This document shows, piece after piece, positions 9,464 through 16,155 of a stretch of 43,415 nt of DNA. Numbering within the stretch: position 1 is the first letter of the stretch; each line of letters begins with the position of its first letter. Under the pieces are notes generated by a model. The model saw only the letters and a program-made list of their open reading frames with translations. It had not been told where the DNA came from and did not search any database. The DNA comes from a candidate division FCPU426 bacterium (GTDB taxonomy: Bacteria > Oederibacteriota > JAJYGY01 > DAIDJD01), in NCBI GenBank assembly GCA_031365225.1, contig JANLXT010000247.1:1-43415 (forward strand), given 5' to 3'. The translations under genes were made by a program, and so were the position numbers.

Positions 9464-10609
9464 TCAATTAAGGCGACCTACCACACAGGGCAACGCGCGC
9501 CCTTCAGGAAAAACAGGCGTCTCGGGCAAGTCCCAACCCGGCGAGAGCAGGGCTTGCACTTCGAGCGTGCGACCGGCGGATCTTGCGGCGGCCACCGCCA
9601 ATTCGGTCCAGGCTCCACCTTCCCAGGCCGAGGGCGCCGCCCACATCAACGCGGCGCCAGGGCGCGCTACTTTGGCCAAAGCTTCAAAAAGGCGAGAGGA
9701 ATGTTTACCAACTTCAAAACGCCCAAACGAGGCCTTGCACGCCAAGGGCGGGCGCAGCAAAACCACATCGTAGGCTTGCCCCGCTTTGCCAAGATCCGCC
9801 AACCCAGCGAACACATCCCCAGGCTGACCCTGCGCAGGCTGATCCCGCCGGGCATCCCACGCTTGGCGCGCCTGAATATTGAGTGGGGCATCTGATTCGA
9901 GCACGCGCAACGCTGCCGCACCACCTGCGGCGGCCGCGGCGCTCAGTCCGGCGTTTGGCGCAAAGACGCTCAGGACCGCCGCGTCTTTGGCGTGCGCGCG
10001 CAACCAAGCGCGCCAAGCTCTCTCGGCGATCGGAAAATCCATCGTCGTCCCATCCAAGGGCACGCGATAGCGCAGGCCGTCTTCCTGACATTCCAAAGTC
10101 CAACCCGCGCCTTTTAAATCGACCCACAGTCCCGGGCCCTCGCTCATCGCTAAGCGCATCCACATGGCTTTCGGGCGGATCTGCTCACGCAACGCGGTCG
10201 CCACGTGTCCGGCCAAGATCGCCATGCCAGGATGAACGACCTCGATGGTCAAGCTATCATCATTCCAAGCGTCCACATAAATGCCCGGCAAGCCGTCGGC
10301 TTCGCCATGCACCAAGCGCTGCGGCCAGACCTTTAGGCGCCTGCGCCCACCCAGGGCAAGCTCAACCCGCGCCGCCACCCAACCGGGATCCAAGATCGCG
10401 TGCCGCTCGCGGCTGAGCGCCACGAACATCGGCTCGGTGGCGGGGCCATTGCTGATGACATGCGCCAAAAAATCACCCTTGGCATCTTGCGCGCGCAGCA
10501 CCGTTCCGGCAGGCGCGGGCGGACGCCAAGAGAGCTGGTCCTTACCGCGCACCCAAGGATGTCCCGTGGCAAGACGTTTAGAGCCGTGAAGTTTTAGGCG
10601 AAGGTTCAT
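9464..10609 (-). CDS. Class I SAM-dependent rRNA methyltransferase, RlmI/RlmK-like (PUA-like N-terminus plus MTase)
   Basis: N-terminal GHPWVRGKD resembles RlmI RRHPWVF. LVHGEADGLPGIYVDAW resembles RlmI ESDGLPGLIVDRY. A Gly/Ala-rich SAM pocket lies further downstream. Confidence 0.65.
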   Translation of the reverse strand: MNLRLKLHGSKRLATGHPWVRGKDQLSWRPPAPAGTVLRAQDAKGDFLAHVISNGPATEPMFVALSRERHAILDPGWVAARVELALGGRRRLKVWPQRLVHGEADGLPGIYVDAWNDDSLTIEVVHPGMAILAGHVATALREQIRPKAMWMRLAMSEGPGLWVDLKGAGWTLECQEDGLRYRVPLDGTTMDFPIAERAWRAWLRAHAKDAAVLSVFAPNAGLSAAAAAGGAAALRVLESDAPLNIQARQAWDARRDQPAQGQPGDVFAGLADLGKAGQAYDVVLLRPPLACKASFGRFEVGKHSSRLFEALAKVARPGAALMWAAPSAWEGGAWTELAVAAARSAGRTLEVQALLSPGWDLPETPVFPEGRALPCVVGRLN

Positions 10610-10619
10610 TGCGCGACAC

Positions 10620-11579
10620 TCAACATTTACAACCGATGAAGGATTCCTGATATGGCAGGTTTAAGTCCAGCATGCGCTGGATGGGAGCCCACGCGCGAGC
10701 GCGGATGTTTTCGGGGACTTTGACCTGAGGCTTCAGGTCGCGTAAAGACAGATACACTTTTTCTAAATCGTTCATCTTCATGTGCGGACAGATGGCCAAG
10801 TCGTTGGCGGCATAAAATTGCTTGGCGGGGTTTTCGCGGCGCAATTTATGCAAGATGCCTGTTTCGGTGGCGATGATAAATTCGGACGCGCTCGATTCAG
10901 CGCAATAGCGGACCATCTGCTCGGTGCTGCAAACCGCGTCGGCCTGCACACTGACTTCCAGGGGCGCTTCGGGATGCGCCACGACGAGCGCGTGGGGATG
11001 TTGTCGCTTGAGCGATTCGATACCATGTTGGCGCAATTCCATATGGATCGGGCACCAGCCGTCGTAAAGGTGCATGGTCCTGCCTGTCTGCTTGGCCACA
11101 TAACCGCCTAGGTATTTATCCGGCACAAAGATGATCTCGGCGTCTTTGGGAAGGCTGTTGACCACATGCACCGCGTTGCTGCTGGTGCAGCAAATGTCAC
11201 TCTCTGCCTTGATGGCGGCCGTGGTGTTGACGTAGCTCACGACCAGGGCCTTGGGATGCTTTTCTTTAAGGTCCAGCAAGGTATCCACGTCGATCATGTC
11301 GGCCATCGAACAGCCCGCCAGCGCGTCGGGCAACAGCACGGTTTTGGATGGATTGAGAATGGAGGCGGTCTCGGCCATAAAATGCACGCCGCAAAACACA
11401 ATGACATCTGCCTCGGCAGCCTGCGCCTTGCGCGACAACCCAAGTGAATCCCCTACAAAGTCCGCGATCTCTTGAACAGCGGGCATTTGATAGTTATGCG
11501 CCAGAATGACGGCATTGCGCTTGGCTTTGAGCTCGGCAATGCGTCCAATCAAGTCGGTGTCTTGGGCCAACACGCTCAT
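10620..11579 (-). CDS. nadA: Quinolinate synthase
   Basis: 319 aa. AVILAHNYQ...VIVFCGVHFMAETASILNP and the overall three-repeat architecture match NadA. Confidence 0.9.
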   Translation of the reverse strand: MSVLAQDTDLIGRIAELKAKRNAVILAHNYQMPAVQEIADFVGDSLGLSRKAQAAEADVIVFCGVHFMAETASILNPSKTVLLPDALAGCSMADMIDVDTLLDLKEKHPKALVVSYVNTTAAIKAESDICCTSSNAVHVVNSLPKDAEIIFVPDKYLGGYVAKQTGRTMHLYDGWCPIHMELRQHGIESLKRQHPHALVVAHPEAPLEVSVQADAVCSTEQMVRYCAESSASEFIIATETGILHKLRRENPAKQFYAANDLAICPHMKMNDLEKVYLSLRDLKPQVKVPENIRARAWAPIQRMLDLNLPYQESFIGCKC

Positions 11580-12631
11580 GCCTGCGCTTGGCTCGGTTCG
11601 GCCATGATCTGGTCTGCGGTCTCAATAAAATAGCGCACGCGCTCTTTTTTGTACTCGCGCGTCGAATAAAGCATTTTAAATTCGGTCAGTCCCGTGTCCT
11701 TTTGGATAGCCTGCACGATCATCTCGCAGTCTTCTTTGTTGCGGCCATGGATCATCGTAAAAACGTTGTAGGGCCAACCAGGAAAAACCGGGCGCTTGTA
11801 GCAATGCGTCACCGCCTTGTACGCGGCCATCAGGGGGCCGAGCTCTTCGGTCTTTTCTTCGGGGACGATCCAAACTGCCATGGCATTGTCCGAAAAGCCC
11901 GCGTTGCGGTGGCGCAAGATGCTGGCAAAACGTCGGTAGAGCTTGCGTTCTTTCATGCTCTCAAGCCAATCAAAAAATTGTTGCTCGGTCCAGCCGATCT
12001 TGGCGGCCCAATCCTTAAAGGGCTCTTCGGTCAAGGGCAGGTCTTCTTGCGCCACCCGTATGCCCTGCTTATCAAGCTCGGTCAAAAGTCTAAAATTGCC
12101 AATGGTGTCGACGATCCGCAGATCGCCGCCCTTTTCTGTATTGACTTGGTTCTTCATGTCAAAATTAACGCCGATCTTAAACAAACGCAGCGTCGGCAGG
12201 ATGATGGTGTCGAGGGCGCCAGAATCCGCGGCCAACTTATCGATCACGCGCTTGAGATTGCCCTCACGCGGCACCGCCAGCGTGAACCAAAGATTGTAGA
12301 GATGCTCACGTTTGTAGTTATGCGAGACCCCCGGATGCTGGTTGATGACCTCGGCGCCCGCGTCGAGCGTGGCAGGATCAAACTTCATCGCCACCAAGGT
12401 CGACTTGTAGCCAAGCCCACGCGTATCAAAGATCGCGGCGGTCTGGCGTATCACCGCTTTGCGCTTGAGCTCGGCAAAGCGCGCCACGACCTCGGCCGGG
12501 GTCAGCCCTAGATCTTGCGCCAGCTTTTCATAAGGCCGGCTGATCAACGGAAACTGCGTTTGCACAATGTTGAGCAGTTCGCGATCTTTATCGTCAAGTG
12601 TGTCAGCGACAGCAGGGTTTTCTTGGGTCAT
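11576..12631 (-). CDS. Tandem Lrp/AsnC-fold protein resembling siroheme decarboxylase (NirDL / AhbA-AhbB fusion type); possibly regulatory
   Basis: Two repeated ~170-aa halves. Each begins with an HTH-like segment (LDDKDRELLNIVQTQFPLISRPYEKLAQDLGLTPAEVVARF.. and LTELDKQGIRVAQEDLPLTEEPFKDWAAKIGWTEQQFF..) followed by an RAM-like domain. The motif HPGVSHNY..E is as remembered for the NirD/L/G/H-AhbA/B family. Confidence 0.55.
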   Translation of the reverse strand: MTQENPAVADTLDDKDRELLNIVQTQFPLISRPYEKLAQDLGLTPAEVVARFAELKRKAVIRQTAAIFDTRGLGYKSTLVAMKFDPATLDAGAEVINQHPGVSHNYKREHLYNLWFTLAVPREGNLKRVIDKLAADSGALDTIILPTLRLFKIGVNFDMKNQVNTEKGGDLRIVDTIGNFRLLTELDKQGIRVAQEDLPLTEEPFKDWAAKIGWTEQQFFDWLESMKERKLYRRFASILRHRNAGFSDNAMAVWIVPEEKTEELGPLMAAYKAVTHCYKRPVFPGWPYNVFTMIHGRNKEDCEMIVQAIQKDTGLTEFKMLYSTREYKKERVRYFIETADQIMAEPSQAQA

Positions 12632-13413
12632 GGTTTCCTCGTTGGCGCGGATGCGCGTCGGCCTAAGGGTGTCGGCACCCAGGTGGGTGCGGGTTGTCCA
12701 TCCACCGTCAAGGCACCCGCAGAGCGAGGGTCTTGCGGGGCGATCTCAGCTGGTAAGGGTTCGTCGTTGGGCGCACTGGCGGGCGCGGCGCGGCGCGGCG
12801 GCCCCTTGGGTTGCGGTGGTGGCGCGGGTTCTTGCGGCGCAGGCTTGGCAAAATAGGCTTTGATCCACGGCGTGACGAACCAGCCAACGAGCACGAGTAA
12901 GGTCACTGCGAGCAGCGCCTTGATAAGGCCCCAAGGAATCTTAATCGGGCGTCGCGTAACCACGGGTGCTGACTTAACTTGTGTCGGGACCGCGCTGATG
13001 GGCGCCATGTCCTCGATGCCATCGCCACTTGTCGAGGACGATACGTCTTCGACCGGGGCGGCCGCGCCGCGCCAACGGCGCTTGGGTTCGGCTTCGGCGC
13101 CAGCCGTGGTCGCGGGCTTAGGCGCGCTCTTAAAAAGTCCAAGCAACCAAGCGATGGGATTGAAAAAATGACGGCGCACCCGTGTCGCGTAAAGCGCGCT
13201 GACGCGCTGATCCACAATTTTCCATTGTTCGCGCGTGAAGCCATACGGCGGTACATCGTCGAGCGCGCTCTGCATCTGCGCCAATAACTCTAACGGAAAC
13301 TGAGGATCCTCTTCGACGACTTCTTGCGCTTGCTGCAATTGTTCTTCTCTGCCGCGCCCAGTCAAAAAGACGCGAGCCAGCGCGTTGATCTCGTCTACAT
13401 TCAGTTCGATCAT
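12628..13413 (-). CDS. Putative anti-sigma factor (single-pass membrane protein with Pro-rich C-terminal region)
   Basis: Immediately downstream of the ECF sigma gene with a 10-nt gap. Cytoplasmic N-domain, one TM segment (LIKALLAVTLLVLVGWFVTPWI), Pro/Ala-rich extracytoplasmic tail. Overlaps the next gene by ATGA. Confidence 0.45.
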   Translation of the reverse strand: MIELNVDEINALARVFLTGRGREEQLQQAQEVVEEDPQFPLELLAQMQSALDDVPPYGFTREQWKIVDQRVSALYATRVRRHFFNPIAWLLGLFKSAPKPATTAGAEAEPKRRWRGAAAPVEDVSSSTSGDGIEDMAPISAVPTQVKSAPVVTRRPIKIPWGLIKALLAVTLLVLVGWFVTPWIKAYFAKPAPQEPAPPPQPKGPPRRAAPASAPNDEPLPAEIAPQDPRSAGALTVDGQPAPTWVPTPLGRRASAPTRKP

Positions 13414-13423
13414 CGGCTGGTCC

Positions 13424-13975
13424 TCATAGCCCGAACTGCTCTTTGACGCGCTTGACCAAAACCTGGCGCGCCATCATCAACTTGGACACCGCGCCACACC
13501 AAGAACAATTGATGCGCTTGGATAGCTCTAAAAGTGAAAGGCCCTCGATCTCGTACATCATCATGATGGCGCGATGGGGCTCGGGCATGTCATCGATGTC
13601 GCCACGCACCATGTAGGCCACGCGCTCTTTGGGGTCCTGGGTGATCTCTTGCAACATGGGGACCTGCCCAGCGACGGCTTCCATCGCTTTGGTCTGGCTG
13701 TCGTAAGAGATCCGCATGTCCTTGAGCACATGAAAGGCTTCTTGCACGGTCAAAATCGACAACCAGCTACGCAAAGGAATATCAGGTTTTTTGCCGAGGG
13801 CTAATTGGTCAAAAGCACGCTTGTACCCACCGACCACCACCGCTGGCATCGAATCTTCGTCACCAACAAAAAAAGACGCCACGCGTTCCACGTGAGCTTT
13901 GGTGGACGTGTAGAATTCATCAAAAGCGCTAGCGTTGCCTTCGATTACCCCTTGGATCATCTCATCGTCTGTCAT
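13424..13975 (-). CDS. ECF-type RNA polymerase sigma factor (sigma-70 family, group 4)
   Basis: Region 2: FDEFY...VERVASFFVGDEDS...AVVVGGYKRAF...LRSWLSIL. Region 4: MPEPHRAIMMMYEIEGLSLLELSKRINCSWCGAVSKLMMARQVL. Confidence 0.8.
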   Translation of the reverse strand: MTDDEMIQGVIEGNASAFDEFYTSTKAHVERVASFFVGDEDSMPAVVVGGYKRAFDQLALGKKPDIPLRSWLSILTVQEAFHVLKDMRISYDSQTKAMEAVAGQVPMLQEITQDPKERVAYMVRGDIDDMPEPHRAIMMMYEIEGLSLLELSKRINCSWCGAVSKLMMARQVLVKRVKEQFGL

Positions 13976-14014
13976 GGCACTCCTGCATATCCCGACATTA
14001 TTCCAGAAAAAGGC

Positions 14015-14051
14015 TGTAAAATGAATGCCTTAGCCACAATCAGGGAGCCCC
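14015..14051 (+). promoter_or_regulatory. Candidate -10 element (TAAAAT preceded by TG) and AGGGAG Shine-Dalgarno for the methyltransferase gene, in a 76-bp divergent intergenic region
   Basis: ctgTAAAAT at 14015-14022. AGGGAGcccc lies 4 nt before the ATG at 14052. No convincing -35 was seen. Confidence 0.3.
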
Positions 14052-14879
14052 ATGTCACGGATCCAAGCTCAGCAAGCCCTTTGGGATAAGCATGGCCAAA
14101 GCGACCCACTTTGGGCCATCTTGACCGACCCCCGCTACGCGGGAAGACTCTGGAACGAAAAGGCCTTTTTTGAGACGGGCCAAAAAGAGGTCGCCTTGGT
14201 CCTGGCCCGCGCCCAGCGCCTGGGTCTCAAGCCCAGGCGAGGCCGCGCCTTGGATTTTGGCTGTGGTGTGGGCCGACTGACTCAGGCCCTGGGGCGTCAT
14301 TTTGGGGCGGTCGAGGGCATCGATATATCCAACGCCATGATCCTCGCCGCAAAGCGCTACAACGCTTTAGGCCGCCGCTGCGCCTACCACATCAACGCCT
14401 CCCCCGACCTAGGCCTTTATGCCTCCAAGCGCTTCGACTTTATTTATGCCAGCATCGTGCTACAACATATCCCCCCGGCCTTGATGGTGGGCTATCTGAA
14501 AGAGTTCGGTCGCGTGCTCAAGCCAGGAGGCGTGCTGATCTTCAACCTGCCTTGTGCCGATCACGTCCCGTGGTTCAATCGAGTTCGCTATCAGCTAAGG
14601 TTGCGTACCCGGCTCAGGGCGCTGGCACAGCGCTTGGGCTTTGACCAAGGGGCTGGCTTTGACCCTCACCCGATCCCCATGCATGCCAGCCCAGAATCCA
14701 AGCTGCGCTCGACGCTCGCGGCGGTTGGCGTAAAGGTCCTCCAAGCCGTGCCCACCAACACCGCCCACGCCAGTTTTTACCGTGGATTGCGGTTCTTTAA
14801 GGCCCACCCCCAAGATGTTTGGTACCCCACACTGATGTATTTTTGCCAAAAGCCACTTCGCCTTGACCATTCAAAGTGA
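14052..14879 (+). CDS. Class I SAM-dependent methyltransferase
   Basis: Motif I LDFGCGVGRLT. Motif post-II/III LKPGGVLIFNLP. 275 aa. Confidence 0.75.
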   Translation: MSRIQAQQALWDKHGQSDPLWAILTDPRYAGRLWNEKAFFETGQKEVALVLARAQRLGLKPRRGRALDFGCGVGRLTQALGRHFGAVEGIDISNAMILAAKRYNALGRRCAYHINASPDLGLYASKRFDFIYASIVLQHIPPALMVGYLKEFGRVLKPGGVLIFNLPCADHVPWFNRVRYQLRLRTRLRALAQRLGFDQGAGFDPHPIPMHASPESKLRSTLAAVGVKVLQAVPTNTAHASFYRGLRFFKAHPQDVWYPTLMYFCQKPLRLDHSK

Positions 14880-16155
14880 CGGCCCTAGCATAGTGCCTGT
14901 GAAATTCTTTATCACTAGCTTGCTCATGTCATTGCTGACACCGTTGGGCCTCGCCGCCGCTGGCTTTGGGTCCACGGGCGCGTTGCTCATGGCCGAAACC
15001 TGGTCACCTCGCCCCTTGGCCATGCACGGCGCCATGACCGCCTTGGTCGATGACAGCAGCGCTATTTATATTAATCCCGCCGGTCTAGCCGCCAGCCAAG
15101 GACTGCGGCTCGATGGTGGATTGGCCTTAGGTCTCTTAGATACGCGTGTGACTTGGGGAACTCTTGGTTGGAACTTAGGTGTCCAAGGTGCGCTGGGCCT
15201 GCAAGCCGCGGTGCTCAGTGACACAGACACGCGTCGCGACGCCTTTGGCAATGAGCTGGGCGAATTTAATAACAGCGTCATCTCAACGGGCCTCGCCTGG
15301 GCGCGTAATCTAAGCGCCGACTGGCGTGTGGGTCTTGGGGCCAAAGGACTGTCTGAAGACTACGCTGGGTCGCAGAGCCTATCGGTGGCGGGCGATCTTG
15401 GTCTGCAGGGTCGTTTGTCGCACGGTGTGCGCGTAGGCTTGAGCGCACAAAATATGGGCGCTCAATTAAGCTCAAACAATGGCGGTGCCGGCAAAGACCC
15501 TACGCCCTGGCGCGTGCAGGCTGGTGTGGCCGTGCCGCTCTTCTTTGAATCTTGGCAGCTAGAAGTGGATGCCCAGCATCTGCCGATCGAAGAACAGCTA
15601 CGGGTCTTGATCGGCACCGAATTGACACGTACCGTGGCTTGGGGGCCAAGTGAGGCTTCGGCGCAAAACAGCGCGCCCGCCAGGATCAGCCTGCGCCTGG
15701 GCACCGCCTTGGGGACTTTGCGCGAAGAGCTACCGCGCTTGACCGCGGGTCTAGGTTTAGCGACCGGCAAGGGGCTCGCGCTCGATTACGCGCTCTTGAG
15801 CCTGGGGCCCTTAGGGCTATTGCACCGCATGAGCATCGGTCTAGAATTTTCTGCCGCCAGACCCAGCGTGCCAAGCAGCACCGAGCTGAGCGCGCCCACC
15901 GACCTGCGCATCGAAGCCACAGGGGACCAACTGCGCCTGTCGTGGCAAGACAGCAATGGGGATGTCGCAGGCTACAATCTTTACAGCGACTTTGGCATCT
16001 TGGCTGAGCGCATGAACAGCAAACCAATGCAGGGACAAAGCCAGCTTTTGATCAACGCCGTCAAAGGTCAGCTCTACAACTTTTACGTGCGTCCCATCGG
16101 CGGCGACGGCAAAGAAGGCCCCGCAAGTCGCGTGCTGCGGTGGGTCCAGCCATGA
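14863..16155 (+). CDS. Outer-membrane beta-barrel protein of the PorV/UPF0164-like type with C-terminal fibronectin-III-like domain (start uncertain: GTG 14899 or ATG 14926 also possible)
   Basis: After a hydrophobic signal segment, GAMTALVDDSSAIYINPAGLA matches the conserved ...A.ADD.SA.Y.NPAGLA box of PorV-family and UPF0164 barrels. Alternating amphipathic strands follow. The last ~90 aa (LRIEATGDQLRLSWQDSNGDVAGYNLYSD...YNFYVRPIGGDGKEG) look like FN3. Confidence 0.5.
   Translation: MTIQSDGPSIVPVKFFITSLLMSLLTPLGLAAAGFGSTGALLMAETWSPRPLAMHGAMTALVDDSSAIYINPAGLAASQGLRLDGGLALGLLDTRVTWGTLGWNLGVQGALGLQAAVLSDTDTRRDAFGNELGEFNNSVISTGLAWARNLSADWRVGLGAKGLSEDYAGSQSLSVAGDLGLQGRLSHGVRVGLSAQNMGAQLSSNNGGAGKDPTPWRVQAGVAVPLFFESWQLEVDAQHLPIEEQLRVLIGTELTRTVAWGPSEASAQNSAPARISLRLGTALGTLREELPRLTAGLGLATGKGLALDYALLSLGPLGLLHRMSIGLEFSAARPSVPSSTELSAPTDLRIEATGDQLRLSWQDSNGDVAGYNLYSDFGILAERMNSKPMQGQSQLLINAVKGQLYNFYVRPIGGDGKEGPASRVLRWVQP

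Noticed and set aside
11588-12511. 307-aa plus-strand ORF
   Set aside because: It lies entirely antisense to the well-supported Lrp/AsnC-like gene. Its translation is Arg/Gly/Ala-rich low-complexity sequence typical of shadow ORFs in GC-rich DNA, with no motifs.
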